Notes: generated by a model from the sequence alone, not told the origin. A stretch of DNA of 64,000 bases from Octopus sinensis (GCF_006345805.1 NC_043000.1:102486001-102550000), one strand, 5' to 3'; counted from the stretch's first letter, positions 13,250-27,712 are shown. Numbers and translations are program-made.

Positions 13250-13268
13250 GTTGTTGTTGTTGTTGTTG

Positions 13269-13311
<43 letters not shown>

Positions 13312-13443
13312 ATTAATGTTTACACGAATGTGAAAACCCTTTGTATCGTCTTGCGTTGTCTTTTATGTATAATTTATATTAACCCTTGTGGCCAATAAAA
13401 GAATGAATTACTACTACTACTACTATACTACTACTACTACTAG

Positions 13444-13479
<36 letters not shown>

Positions 13480-13494
13480 CACCACCACCACTAT

Positions 13495-13526
<32 letters not shown>

Positions 13527-13680
13527 TACTACTACTACTACTACTACTACTACTGCTGCTGCTGCTACTGCCACTGCTGCTACTACTGTTGCTATTATTA
13601 TTATCATTGTTATTATTATTACTTTTATTATTATTATTATTATTATTATCATTATTATTGTTATTCTTATTATTCTTATT
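13172..13680. repeat. Compound trinucleotide microsatellites (TTA/TTG/CTA/CCA/CTG)
   Basis: Seen directly. Confidence 0.9.
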
Positions 13681-13829
13681 TTCTTGACTAGGCATCTCAT
13701 TTATATTTAATATTGGAGATATTTTCATTTATCCATATTATTGATATCCATAATTAACGTCTCTATAGATCTCTCTTTTTCTCTCTCAGTTTCTCTTCCT
13801 CTCTCAATTTATACATGGCTGTATGGTTA

Positions 13830-14040
13830 AAGGCGAATCCGAGCTGGCAGAATCGTTAGCAAGCCGGGTAAAATGCTTTGCAATATTTCATCCGTCTTTA
13901 TGTTCGAATTCTGCCGAGGTCGACTTTGCCTTTCATCCTTTCGGGTTCGATAAATTAATTACCAGTTGAGTATTGGGAGTCGATGTAATCGATTTACATC
14001 CGCACTCGAAATTTCAGGCTTTGTGCCAACATTTGAAACC
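13830..14040 (+). mobile_element. SINE family A
   Basis: gagctggcagaatcgttagc head and gactttgcctttcatcctttcggg domain. Further decayed copies at about 3060-3420, 12112-12440, 19793-20005, 36780-37040, 37800-37970 and 59560-59690. Confidence 0.75.
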
Positions 14041-15519
14041 AATATTTGTTCCGATTCTCAGTACTTCCTGAATTCAAATCCAGCCGAAACCAGAGTTATC
14101 TTCCATCATTTCGGTATCGATAAGAACAAGCTAAATTGAGGTTGCCGGATTATGGAAATTGTAAAAGTGTCAGACCGGATACCGAACTAAAGTTGTTTCA
14201 GTTTTTTGGGGTTTTTTTCTTTTGCCTGTATGTAAATTAGGCTTCATCCGTCTTGTCTAGTTTAACACCACCACCTGGTGCTCCGGTGCCTTTAATGGGG
14301 TCCACTCTGATGCAAACATTCGTGTCAGATATTCAGTCAGGCGATACCGTTTTATCTTTCGACCAGCCCATAAAAGTTCATGGACACTACCTTCCTTCCT
14401 TCCTTCTTGACTAAAACATAGAAAAGGCAATTCTGTAAATGTTTACAGTGTAAATGTAACTATGTGAGGGTTTCTCACATGTAGATGTAACTGTGTGAGG
14501 GTTTCTATTTATCGCAGTATAGTTTGTTCTAAAAGAACACCCAGATTTAAATGAGAGTAAATATTACCTCTCAGTATTAAAACTGTCTCTGTCACTTTCG
14601 TAACTATTAAAGATTGTTCTTGTCTATAGATAAGGTCAACAGATTGTAATTTGAGGTAAATCTATTGTTATTACCCAAAAATCCAAAAACGGTAAAGAAA
14701 ACCCCTTCATTACTTTGTTGTTACTGCTGCTGGTGCTGTTTTGTTGTTCTTGTTCTTGTTCTTGTTCTTGTTGTTTAGCTCTAAGTCAGCGCTTATCGAG
14801 CAGTTCTATGAACAAAAAAATCTTTCAAACCGTGGCTACCACGTCTTACTATCAAGAATTCCGAAAACCGGGTTACATTAACAAATACGTCCCTTTTCAA
14901 AAAGAACGGTAGAGTGTGCTTTCAGAGAGATTTGGCCGCTATTCTAAACAAATTGAACGACCATTTGGAAGTTCCTTCGTTGACTTGTTATTGGTACTGC
15001 TGCTGCTATGGCTGTTGCTGCTGCTGCTTTTACTCCCATTGTATTTCGATGTCGTGGTCTCAATCGATTTCTACTCCCGCCCATAACTTAATAGTCAATA
15101 GAACTGACAATGTCAATCGAAAATAGCTGTGAAAAAAATACAAAAACCTGTGAGGAGAGGCTAGGGTGTGGATGTCGGGAGAGGAAGATAAATGTTTCTT
15201 TTCAAGTACTGAAAATGGTTAAAGAATTTGCAAGAAACAGAACCTTACCTCGTTATCATCAATACCACTTGTTGCAAAATAGCACTCCAGGATTATAGAA
15301 TTTTCTCAATAAATAGATTTGTTTGAATATTTTGTATGGATGCATAAGTGTGTGGATGTGTGGATGTATATCCATGTATATAGTCATTCATGCTGGTATA
15401 CATGTATGTTAGATTCTTTTTTTTTTTTAACTATTAGAATTCTTCCTATAAAAACGGAGCTCATTTCTAAGAAAGAAACAAGTCTCAGTCGCTGGAAATT
15501 CGATGATTACGGTAAATAG

Positions 15520-15781
15520 TTACATATATGTACGTACGTATGCATGTATGGTATGGTATGTATGTATGTATGTATGTATGTATGTATGTATGTATGTATG
15601 TATGCATACATGTGATGTGTATGTGTGTATGCATGTGCATGTGTACTATGTAACTCCGTGTGTTTGCGTCTGTTTGTTCATGTCTTAACAAGAGGTCATT
15701 TTCAATTCGAAAAGTTAAAAACCAAGAATCTGAGGTGAGGTGAGGTGACTAATTTGGTAATTGCGTTTACATGTGAGTGTA

Positions 15782-15829
<48 letters not shown>

Positions 15830-15830
15830 C

Positions 15831-15881
<51 letters not shown>

Positions 15882-15985
15882 CATATATATATACCTATGT
15901 ATATATATATATATATGTATGAATGTATGCATGTTGTATATGAATATAAAGAGAGAGCGGGGGAGAGAGCAATAAAGAAAGAGAA

Positions 15986-16072
<87 letters not shown>

Positions 16073-16155
16073 AGTATGTGTGTCTGTGAGCGTCTTTATA
16101 TATATTACTCCCTTCTCTCCTTCTTTTTCTCTCTCTCTCTCTCTCTCTCTTTCTT
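15520..16155. repeat. (TATG)n, (TA)n, (GATA)n and (TC)n microsatellite cluster
   Basis: Seen directly. Confidence 0.9.
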
Positions 16156-18605
16156 TCTCTTTCACTTATTCTCCTTCCGTCTGCGGCCGTAGGAGTCCTT
16201 CACATGGTTTTTTTTTCGTTTTAAAGCACGAAATAGAAGTTCTGAATGTAGTAATAGTAGTAGTAATAGTGAAGGTGGAGATGATATAACCCCACTGGAT
16301 AAATGAATTAACACAATACTGACAATAACTCATGTTAGGACTGAAAATAACGAGAATAACAGCAACAACAACAACAATAGTGATAATAATAGTAACGACA
16401 ACAGCATCGTGAACAACAACAATAGTGATAAAATAGAACCACGTTGGCTATGGAACAAAAATGTCAAAGAAGGAAAATACTGAGAAGGGAAAAAAATGAG
16501 AATTTGATTCAATTCTCTAACTCAGCAACATGCAACCGTTATAAGTACTTTTTCTTGTTGGTTATTTTGTCTGTTTTAATATTGGTTTTCTTCTTTTTTA
16601 ATTAAGTATTTCTCGTTCCTTGTAATCAATCGCAGATTGAACATAAGAGTAACATTATTTTTGTTTTTTTGTTTTTTTAATGTGTTTGTTCATCGGAGAA
16701 ATTACCTTTCACGTTGGTGAATGAAGTTCTTGCTTGGTTAGAATGAAATCAGCATCTGACGTGTAATTATTTAGTCACGTGACGCAAAAAAAAAATACTT
16801 TTCTGACCAACAGCTAGCTAAAGGCTGATTGTAGTCAATAACGTCAACGAACAACTTCGCGATCGTTTAATTCTTGATCAAGAAAGGAGTTTAATTCTTA
16901 TCGATAATATAGTGCTGTTCTAGCCATTCACTTTTCTAGTCGCTTCTTTTTTTCTTTTTTTAGTAACAAGGTAGCATCGTTGTTTCCTTCTTTTCTCAGT
17001 TTCTCTCTCTCTCTCTCTCTTTCCTTCTTTCTCCGTCTCCCTCTCTCTCTCTCTCTCTCTCTTTTCTTACAGAGAAGAGCTAATTAGCGATAAATATGTG
17101 ACACACAGTGAAAATTGTAATTAAAATTATCATTATAATTCGATTTAAGTTAATTGTGGGAAAGTGTGGGATAACAAGCAAAGTCTCTCCTAATATGATT
17201 CGAACTCAGAATTTTGAGAGACAGATTTAAACTGCAAGGCACTTAAGTCCAACGTCCAACCGTTTCTGAAACACCGCCAACTTATTTCGATATCTACAGT
17301 AATAGGCAGACAAGAGTTTCGAAAGTTAAATCTGAATGGATTTCGAGTGGAATTCATGCTGGTTGACATTCGTCTGTCAATTTGATTGACACAATAAAAC
17401 AAAGTGATGGCTACGTCTTAAAGACTGAAGTTGTATCAAATAGCATTTTGGATAGGTTTATTATGACGCTGCATCAATAAATGTAAATGATAGGAACACT
17501 TTAAAACGATGCAGTCAATATCTTTTGTCTGACTGAGAAGAAATAGTGGAAAACAACTACAACACAACAGCTGCTGGCTACTGTCACAATCACCATCACC
17601 ACCAACAGCATTGTCTCCTCTATCTTTACTACTACTACTACTACTAATAATAATAATAATAATAATAATAATATAATAATAATAATAATAATAATACCAC
17701 TACTACTAATACTATTATTACTACTACTACCTGCCTACCTACAACAACAATAATAACAATAATAGTAATATTACTGTTGTTACTACAACTACTACTACTA
17801 CTACTACTACTTCTACTGTACCAACGACGATGGCGACGATGACGATGATCAATACGAAAGTAAAATGAAATTATTGGTTCAGTAACTGTAGGAAAAAGAT
17901 AATATGTTAACCAATTATAAACCGAGTTTATTGGAAATTTAATGCTAATACTTTTGACAAAGGTATGAAGGTGAAAAACTCATTTTCCTTGCTGTCTATC
18001 CAGACAGGTAATTCGCAATTCTCTCACTGGCTCACGATTGTGAGCCAGTATCCGTAATCAAGATACTTCACTCTAAAAGCCCAGTCCATTGAGTTCTAAA
18101 TATATCATAAAGTAGTTTCTATCTCCGTTGGCATGCACAAAATACCTCTGTGAAAGATCCAAGTGAAATTAGATTCAATGAATATTTCTCCTCCACTGAA
18201 TAAAACAATACGGTATCAGCAAATTTCTTCCTGCCACTGGTTCACAATTGTGTCCGTATTTTAGATATATTGACGGATATGAATAATTGAGAATATATGT
18301 TCTTCAACTAAGTATCATAAGTTCAAATTCAATGCAAACATTTCGTTGGAGTTTTTGCGATGGAGCGTCTGTTTCTACGGTGTCTCTATCAGACTTATGG
18401 GTCTAGGCACTAGGTTGTTGTTCAACTTCATGTCAGCTCTAAACAGAACAGACTAATCAAAAACGTTCCAACCATAACCATCTTGTTTTGTTGTTTTGAT
18501 TTGATTCTGTTGTAGTAAGTGTAGAACTAGATTATCTACTGTCTCTTTGCTTCTTTAAGACTTTATTGTGGGGTTGGAGGAAGAGCTGAGTGCTTTTACT
18601 AGAAT

Positions 18606-19010
18606 TGGCTGTGTGGTAAGTAGCTTACTTACCAACCACATAGTTCCGGGTTCAGTCCCACTGCGTGGCACCTTGGGCAAGTGTCTTCTACTATAGCCTC
18701 GGGCCGACCAAAGCCTTGTGAGTGGATTTGGTAGATGGAAACTGAAAGAAGCCCATCGTATATATGTATATGTGTATGTATATGTATATATGTGTGTGTT
18801 TGTGTGTCTGTGTTTGTCCTCCGCAACATCGCTTGACAACCGATGCTGGTGTGTTTACGTCCGCGTAGCTTAGCGGTTCGGCAAAAGAGACCGATAGAAT
18901 AAGTACTAGGCTTCCAAAGAATAAGTCCTGGGGTCGATTTGCTCGACTAAAGGTGGTGCTCCAGCATGGCCGCAGTCAAATGACTGAAACAAGTAAAAGA
19001 GTAAAAGAGA
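18606..19010 (+). mobile_element. tRNA-headed SINE family B (CORE-like) with internal microsatellite
   Basis: tggctgtgtggtaag (A box), gggttcagtccc (B box), accttgggcaagtgtctt core, internal (TA)/(TG) tract, and tail gaaacaagtaaaagagtaaaagag. Confidence 0.85.
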
Positions 19011-20249
19011 ACCATGAAGAATCTGTTCCGTTTGATCATACGTACCATTTCGTTTGAGCAAGTTACAGGGGATGGAGCCAACGTTCTATCTAGGATTAGG
19101 TTAGTATCTCTATTTTCTCACCTCTACAAAACGAATGTTGATCAGCATCCTTCAGATTACTATGTAGCTGAGAATATTTTTATGGCATACCCAATACATA
19201 TGCGATTTTAATCACAAGAAGTAAGTAGATAAACTCTCTCTGCTTGGAATCGTGTTATTATCTCAGTTAGTAGTCTCATAAAGTGAACTACGTCTGCATC
19301 CGCATCAGTTGATCACAGGATAAAAGGAAGAAAAAAAAGTACTGAAAACTTAGAATTGATTACCGGGATAACATGGCCTGCAGATTGTCGTAGGTTTCGT
19401 TTCCGCTTTATAACTATGGATTTATAAAAGCTCCAGAAAGAAAACTTCTCTGGACTATCTTATATAAATATCTCCCTGGGACATTTCGCTCGTGATCATA
19501 ACATCGCTAATAAAAATGTGCTTTCTTTAATATTTTTTTCATTCAATTTGCTATTTGAGTTCAACAATATATAAATTTTTGTCGTTTTGTGTTTACCCAT
19601 GTAAAATAATGGTGAGTATACAAGCCCCATATCAATCCTATCAGAACAAACTTATGAACAAAGACATTCCAACAGTGACCATCCTATCAGCTATGCTAGC
19701 ATAAATAATATTTTATCCTTATATGAGTATAGTTGCAGTAAAACAATTTTATCTTAGTTGTACCATCAAAATATTAATTATTAACTAATAAGTTTCAAAT
19801 ATTAGCATAAGACCAGCAGTATTATGGACAGGAGTAACTCGATTACATCGACCCCAGTGATCAGTTGGTAATTATTTTATTGACCCCAAAAGGATGAAAA
19901 GGAAAGTTAACTTCGGTGGTATTTGAACTCAGAATGTGAAGACAGACGAGATACCGTTAACTGTTATTGCCCGGTGTGCAAATAATTCTGCCAGCTCGCT
20001 GCCTTTTTAATAAGTAGTAATACTGGTAAATATTTTAATACTATATAAACATGCACATACAAACAAACACATTATATGAACGTATGTATATATATCAAAA
20101 AGGCAAAGGGGCCAAAGGTCCATCCCTAGGTATAGGTTCAAAAGACCAGTCTATAGATTCTGGGGCGTATATATTTCTCACCTTAACGGGACACCGGTCC
20201 ATTGCATGATTACTGATTTTTGCCAGCTGAGTGGACTGGGGTTTCTTGA

Positions 20250-20388
<139 letters not shown>

Positions 20389-20389
20389 A

Positions 20390-21618
20390 GTCTCTTTACT
20401 GGCCACACAGGGCTGCACACAGATGGGACAAATTTTGTGGGATGAAAAAAAACAAAAAACAAAAGAAACAAAAAAAAGTGGCGTAGGTTTTCGATCAAAA
20501 GGGATCGTAAAAGGGGAAAAAGAAAAAAAAAGAAAAGAAAAGAAAGAAAAAAAAGGAATAAAAGGAAAAGAAAAGAAAAAGAAGAGGAAAAAGGGGAGAG
20601 AAAAAAACGATCAATAGGGATCGTGTATCACAGTGTCATGATGTACGGTGTAAAGGGGAGCAGATAAGGTTTATCCGTGGGAAGAAAAGCCTACGAAAAA
20701 GACCACGGTAACCTCGGTCAATATTGTTATATGTTGCCGCATTTGATTGCAAGTGGGTAACCCTCTGTTTTCAATTTCTGGGTTCATAGGACTATGCTCA
20801 AGGTGGCTTCGTCATTCATACGTGCCATCCTTGCTACATTCACCCATCTTTTTTTTAAACGTTCGCTAGACAAAACTTGCCTCTCTACTCTCACTTTCCT
20901 TTTCAAGTGGTACTTGAAGAAGTTGATGAGAGGTTGACCGGAGAGGAAAGTGTTTGTCTCCAATCCTTTCAGATGCGTCCACCAGATACATTCTTTCGCC
21001 ATAGCCACAAGGATGATGAAAATAGTTCTTCCTTCCCGTTTGAAGGAAGGAGGCGTGACAATATTGACGATAGACTCAGCTGATAAACCGACTCGTCCCA
21101 CACGTGACAGCAGTTGTTCGACATAAGGCCACAGGTCGGAAATTGTTGGACACTGCACGAGTGCGTGCAGAACGGTTTCGTCGCTCTGACCGCATCTCGG
21201 GCAGGTCGGCTCCGTGTTTCTCGAGCCGTGTCTGTAGAGCTTATCCCGAACGGGTAGCGCTTCTCGGTAGCACTGCCAGGCCAGGGATCTCTGGAAGTTG
21301 TCCATGAGCCATGGCCCGAAAGTCGTCCCGAACAGGCGGGTCAGGTATTCCTCGTCAACGTCCAGGTTCGCCCCGAGCTCGTCGTCGTACCTCCCCTCCA
21401 CTAATCCCCTATAGAATGCTTTGGTTGTGATGGAGTCACTCAAGGTCGACCCAGGACGGCAGAGTTGCTTGAGAGCAACGCGACACTCGCGGTGCCATTC
21501 GCCCTTCCTCGGCCTCTTTCTGATCTACGACTGCAGTTCGGTCATGGAGACGAGCTGCGGGAAAGCGTGCCTCACAAACGGCGACCACACCTGTTCACCT
21601 TCGTCTACGAAGAGCCGT
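20390..21618 (-). mobile_element. Tx1/L1-clade LINE, 5'-truncated copy 1 (ORF2 C-terminus 20784-21443 plus 3' UTR)
   Basis: zf-RVT-like region SLAWQCYREALPVRDKLYRHG..TCPRCGQSDETVLHALVQCP. The 3' end abuts (TATC)n on the element strand. Confidence 0.8.
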
Positions 21619-21635
21619 GTTTGTGTGTGTGTGTA

Positions 21636-23070
21636 TTTAGCCACGCAGGGCCGAACACAGAGGGGATAACACAATGTAGAATTTTTCATTCCGAAAACGT
21701 TCAAAAGGGATCGAAAACGTTTTGGGACGTGTACAAAAGGAGATAACAAAGTGTCGTTTTTAGCAATTAGAGTGTCCAAAGTGGGGAGTAAATATAATGC
21801 TGACTAGAGTTATCCGTGGAAAGAAAAGCCTACCAAAAGAACTACGGTAACTTCGGAAAAAAGGAAAACAATATGAGAGAAAGTGCCCTCTTTTTGTTTT
21901 ATAGGTTCATGTTCAAAGTGGTTCCGTCATTCAGGTGTACCATCTTTGCTACAATCATCTATCTTTTATTAAACCTTTCATTAGACAAAATTCCCCTCTT
22001 TACTCTTACCTTCCTGTTCAATTGATACTTAAAAAGTTGATGAGAGGTTGGTCAGAGAGGAAAGTATTTATCTCTAAACCTCCACCATACACGTTCTTTC
22101 ACTATAGCCACCAGTACGATGAAAACTGCCTTGCCTTCCCGGTTAAAGGAAGGTGGCGGGGCAATATTTATGACAGACTCGGCTGACAACCAGACTTGTC
22201 CCACACGTGACAGTAGCCGATCGACATAGGCCCACAGGTCTGAAATATTTGGACATTGCTCGAGTGCGTGCAGAACGTTTTCATCGTTCTGGCCGTATCT
22301 TGGGCAGGTCGGTCCGGTGTTTGTTGAACCGTGCCTGTAGACCTTATCTCGAACGGGCAATGCTTCCTAATAGCACTGCCAGGCCAGGGATCTCTGGAAA
22401 TTGTCCATAGTTCCTAACCCGAATGGGGTCCTGAAGAGGCGGGTCAGGTATTCCACGTCGACGCCCAGAGTCTCCCCAAGAACGTCGTCGCACCTCTCCA
22501 CTAATCCTCTATAGAACGCCTTTGTGGAATCGAAATCGCACAAGTTTGAACCCAGTTAGCAGAGCTGCTCGAGAGCATGGCGACACTCGAAGTGCCATTC
22601 ATCCAGCCTCGGTCCCTGTTTGATCCACGATTGCAGTTCGGTCAATGAGACGAGCTGCGGAAAAGCGCGTCCCACAAACAGCGACTACACCTGTTCACCG
22701 TCGTCTATGAAACGCCGGAGATGTCGCAGTCTCAACGCATGTCTGCGCATCATCAATCACGGCATACACAGCCCTCCATTTAGCGGATGTCGACAGCAAA
22801 TGGATCGACTAGCCATCGGAACGCTCTCCTTCCACAAAAGGCGGAAGAATATACGTTCAAGTTTCGTGATGGTAGGATCGGAACAAGGCTCGACGGTCAG
22901 GCGGTAGTAGATGACGGATGCGATGTACGCATTCACCACCTCAGCCCGACCTTTTAGAGATAACTTCCTCTCAGCCCATAGCTGGGTGAGAATGGCCACC
23001 CTACGCGTTATCTCGTCCCAGTTCTTCTCCATCAGTCCAGTGTCCCACGATGGAGACGCTGTTGGACGGC
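21636..23070 (-). mobile_element. Tx1/L1-clade LINE, 5'-truncated copy 2 (diverged subfamily)
   Basis: MEKNWDEITRRV..WAERKLSLKGRAEVVNAYIAS..LERIFFRLLW..GGL and PVRDKVYRHG..TCPR..LHALEQCP. 3' UTR blocks are shared with copy 1. Confidence 0.8.
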
Positions 23071-23074
23071 TGGG

Positions 23075-25343
23075 GCTTGCGTAGGTGTTATTCTAAACAG
23101 CAATAGTAGTAAAGTAAGGAAGGAGGTGGCGGAGAGGAAGAAGAAGATGGGGAAAGAGAAGAGAGAATAATAAATAAATGCAGGTGGTATGACTGTAGTA
23201 GGATGTTAAATGGTCAAATGAGCTATAAGTGGTTCGTTGTGGATTATGGCAATGATTGGAACCGTTTTTTAGTGAATTCTTGGGTATCTCTTGAATATAT
23301 CATTTTTAATATTTGTGTGTGTGCTTGTGTTATTCTAAGGCTGTGGTGGATATGTCGTTTGTTGTAGATGCGCTCAAAAGGAGTTCGTATTTTGTAATAA
23401 AGAGAGTCTCTTTACTAATTCGTAGGCCACAGATTTTATCGTCCCTTAATTGGTAGAGGGGAAACATTCTGAAGCTTGGATTTTTGTTATTGGCGCAAAT
23501 GTCGACTGTTGGTAAGTTAGTGCGTATATCAGGTTCTCCGAAGCACATGTGAAGCTACTTTTTACTGTGAAATGTCCCTGTTTGAAGAACTCTGATCCAT
23601 CAATTAAATTGGCGCATATCTCACAGTTGGGTCTTCCGCATTTTTTTACTGACGGCTTCTGTGTTGTTGAGCGTATTCGGGCTTGTGTTAGGAGACGTTT
23701 CATAGATATGAGATGTCTCTTGCTTTTTATGATGGTGTGTGTTTGGAAGATTAAGTTCATTCTGTGCTCCTTTTTTAGTAGGGGAATGTTTTGAAGGATG
23801 GTGTCGAAAGCTTCATTGTTAAGAGGGTTGTGTGTAGAGATGTATGGTAGGGCTTTTGGTTGTAAATCCTTCTTTAAATTGGGATGTCTGAGTTCGTGGA
23901 TGTTGAGTTGTAGGGTACGTTGATAGTATATGTCAAGTAGTGAAGGTGAGTAGTTCCTGGTGATGAGTGTATCCTTTAGTTCATGTAGTCATGTGTCCCT
24001 GGTGCTTGCATGAGAAACTATAGTACATATCCTTTTTGCTAGGTTGAAGGGAATATTCATTCTGGTGTGTCGGGGGTGGCATGAGTTGAAAGGTAGATAT
24101 TGCTTGGAGTCCGTGGGCTTATAGTATATATCTGTTTCTATTACGTTGTTAGATTTCTTTATGAGGGTGTCGAGGAAGGAACGTTGTTAATGGCTATATT
24201 CCATCGTACGTCAAGTTTATTTAAAAGTGTTTGGAATTCTTTAAGTCTCTCAATACTTTCAGGCCAAAGAACGAAACAGTCATCCAGGTATCTCTTCCAG
24301 TTATTTTCTATGTAGAGTGAGAATGGACCGCCGTATTTTTCTCGAACCTTACAATAAAGATTAATTTCTAGATATCCAATGACTAGGTTAGCAAAGGAGG
24401 GGGCCATTCTCGTACCCATCGCAGTCCCCGATTTTTGTCGATACAAGTTGTCTTTGAAAACAAAGTAGTTATTCTCCAAGATGAATTTTAACCCTTCTAT
24501 CACGAATTCTTTTTTGATGCGATGTGGGAGTTCGTTGGCATAATTCTCTAGCCAGAATTGAATGCCTCTATTCCTAGGTTGTGGGTGAGATTGAAATAGA
24601 GGTTGACTACATCGAAGGATACTAGTAGGGTGTTTTTGTTTATTGTTTCAGGAAGGTGATTGAGCATATCCAGGTCGTCCCTTGTGTAGCTTTTGACATG
24701 CTTGAGGAATGGTTTTAAGGGGGTATCTAAAAAGTTACTGAGGCGGTGGGTTTTGCATGCGGAACCTGCTATTATAAGTCTTAATTTGAGGTCATTAGGA
24801 GAAGGTACCTTGATTATTATGTCTGTGGCTATCCTGCAAGCGTTACTTATTTTCTCACTTTTGTGTATCTTGGGAATAACGTAGAATTGATTGGTTTTAC
24901 TTTTGAAATTGGTCATATAGTCATATTCTTGTCGGTGAGCCCTTCTCTGTATAGGTTTAACATGGATTTTAAGTCTCTCATTATTTTCTGCTGACTGTAG
25001 TGTTGGGCTTTTCATAATATGTTGAGTTATATAGTATACCGTGTCCATTAAGACAACTGCACTTCCTTTATCATCCTCTTTGATTGTTATTGTTTTGTCA
25101 TCTTTTAATTTGTTCAGCTCAGCCCATTCTTTTTTGCTGAAGTTTGGTTTGTGCTTTTGTTTATGCATATGTTGATATGGGTAATTCGAGATGTTTTCAC
25201 AGAAATGATCAAGAGTTTTGTTCTTACCTTTTGAGGGGGTGTAGTTACTCCTATTTCTGACCAACGATTCGTCCTCGTTGTATTTGTCGTATAGCTCCTC
25301 AGCGAGTCGTAATTTTCTACAGTATTCCGCGATGTCTTCTTCC

Positions 25344-25345
<2 letters not shown>
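23075..25345 (-). mobile_element. Penelope-like element (RT + GIY-YIG), disrupted
   Basis: FYVIPKIHK, LRLIIAG, LLVSFDVVNLY, YRQKSGTAMGTRMAPSFANL and RYLDDCF (PLE RT), then KKCGRPNCEIC..FTCASENLIYAL (GIY-YIG start). The 5' end abuts (TA)n. Confidence 0.9.
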
Positions 25346-25403
<58 letters not shown>

Positions 25404-26199
25404 CTTAGCATGATCTATGGAACCCAGTATAGGAAGTTATTTTGTTATTTAGCTTAAAGCAGAACGAGAAGTGGGCAGTATACAATAGAATAAAATTCAT
25501 TAAGATCCTAAGTTACACACCACTTTTTCCCATATCGATTGTCTCCATACAACTTACAGTCAGCAACTAACGCTGCTAAGAATGCGAATAAAATCCTAAA
25601 ATTTATAAAGAGTGGGAAAAGTCGAGTACAGGCTACATATGTTTCTCAACTAATTGAGAAACATTATGTAAGTCTTATGCAATTAACCCTCCTCAGCGTA
25701 GTTGATTATCGGGCCGATATTAGATTCAGATTAATTCTTACTGTGGTCTGCTGTTAATAATGTAATCATAATTAATCACCTTCTGTCATACTCTAACTTT
25801 TCGTCACTTGGAGACAAAATCATCTTCTCCAATACTACTCCCCACCCTCAGTTGAGGGATCTTGCCTTGCAATTTTGGACTGGTGACTAGCTATGCTGAG
25901 GAGTATCCTTTGTGGAATAAACAGCAGCTGGTTGAGAAACATATGTAGCCTATATCTACTTATTCCACTCCTAATAAATTTTGGACTTGTGTATGTGTGT
26001 GAGTGTGTGTGGGGGGAACAACTTTTCTTTACTGTTATATTGAAAACACAGTAGATTAATAATTTATTTCAGAGCTTTTTACGTGTTTCCGGTATTAAAC
26101 TAGTGCAGTTCGTTTCTTATATGTGTGCTGCGCCTGGGTAGATTTGTTGAAGATAAGCAAGTTACCAACGCATGCAAATCTCTCTTCTCTATGAAACCG

Positions 26200-26510
26200 A
26201 TGTTTAAGGGAAATGCAACCGAGTTAGGCCGAATGCTGTCCTAGGGGTCGCTGTCAGAACGAAAGGAAGTGGAAGAGATGATGTAAAGTTATCTTTCTCG
26301 ACCTTGTAAGAGTTTTGTCAATACACTTTCCTGGATATGCGCATTTTTATCAACCCTCGAGAATTTGGACCTGGAGATCTCCATTTCCAGCAACTTCGAG
26401 GGCCACCTCCTAGTGGTGTCGGGCGTCAACGAAGAGCTCTCGACTACAACAAGACGACCAAAGTTGTTTTTTTTCCAAGGTCTGGGGTCTCTCGCCCCTA
26501 AACTCTAGAC
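26200..26510 (+). mobile_element. Very decayed LINE RT fragment
   Basis: Peptides VIFLDL and SWICAFLS resemble the RT domain 3-4 region. Weak. Confidence 0.3.
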
Positions 26511-27090
26511 CATCACCTAATCCCCTTACCCGCCTTGTTGCTTAACAACAACAACAACAACCTTCGAAAGGACAAAGACAAAGTTGGCCTTGGCAAGATT
26601 TGAACTTCCAGTGCAGATTATCGAACCAAATATCGCAGGACATTCTATCCGACACTCTGGTAACTCTGTCAGCTCGTCAATCTTGTGATACAGTTATTTC
26701 GTTTTAAGTGTCATGTATAGCGAGGGACAATTTAGTAGAGAAATACGTCATAAAGAAGCAATACTCCCATTTCAAACCAAAACCAGTGTTTTTATAGCTG
26801 CTATTGCTGGTGTAGCTGTTATAGTAATTGTTTGTGTTGTATATATTCCTGTCCAACGAAAAAAGCAAAATGGCTTACAAAATGTGTTTCAGGATTCCAA
26901 TGACGGCTTCATTGCGTAGAAAGAGTGGAAGATGATGGTGAAGTAACGCGTTGGAGTAGGATCAAAGGAGACTTCTATTGATTTGCGTTTTATTAGTCTG
27001 ACATTTTTGTGACATATTTGTCACGTTACATATATGTGTGTATGTGTGTATATGTATTTATACTTACATAAATACGTGTATGTATCTATC

Positions 27091-27125
<35 letters not shown>

Positions 27126-27129
<4 letters not shown>

Positions 27130-27383
27130 TCTTTTACTCTTTTACTTGTTTCAGCCATATATATATACACATGTAGATAGAAAGAGATAGATAGATAGAT
27201 AGATATACATGCATACACCTCAAATGAAAGAGTTCGACCGGAAGAAAAAGTATCCTCTTCACCTGTATAATTATTTACGCTTTTATGTAGGTATGTATAT
27301 ATGTATGTATGCATGCATGCATGATTGTATGTATGTGCGTATGTATGTGTATGTATATATATATATATATATATAATATATAT

Positions 27384-27423
<40 letters not shown>

Positions 27424-27644
27424 CTCTTTTACTCTTTTACTTGTTTCAGCCATATATATATACACATGTAGATAGAAAGAGATAGATAGATAGATAGATA
27501 TACATGCATACACCTCAAATGAAAGAGTTCGACCGGAAGAAAAAGTATCCTCTTCACCTGTATAATTATTTACGCTTTTATGTAGGTATGTATATATGTA
27601 TGTATGCATGCATGCATGATTGTATGTATGTGCGTATGTATGTG

Positions 27645-27650
<6 letters not shown>
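27126..27650. repeat. Direct tandem duplication of a unit of about 230 bp separated by (TA)n
   Basis: 27126-27355 and 27423-27650 look identical by eye (tactcttttactc..gaaagagttcgaccggaag..). Confidence 0.85.

Positions 27651-27712
<62 letters not shown>

Noticed and set aside
12318-13728. Poly-I, poly-N, poly-L and poly-Y ORFs
   Set aside because: Trinucleotide microsatellite read-through.
18025-18050. Short palindrome ACTGGCTCAC-gatt-GTGAGCCAGT
   Set aside because: Too short for a pre-miRNA. A partial copy near 18236 suggests a decayed transposon end, but no family could be assigned.
27215-27275. Possible HHR on the minus strand of the duplicated unit
   Set aside because: The core reads GTGAAGA and CGAAC, and stems I and III do not pair.
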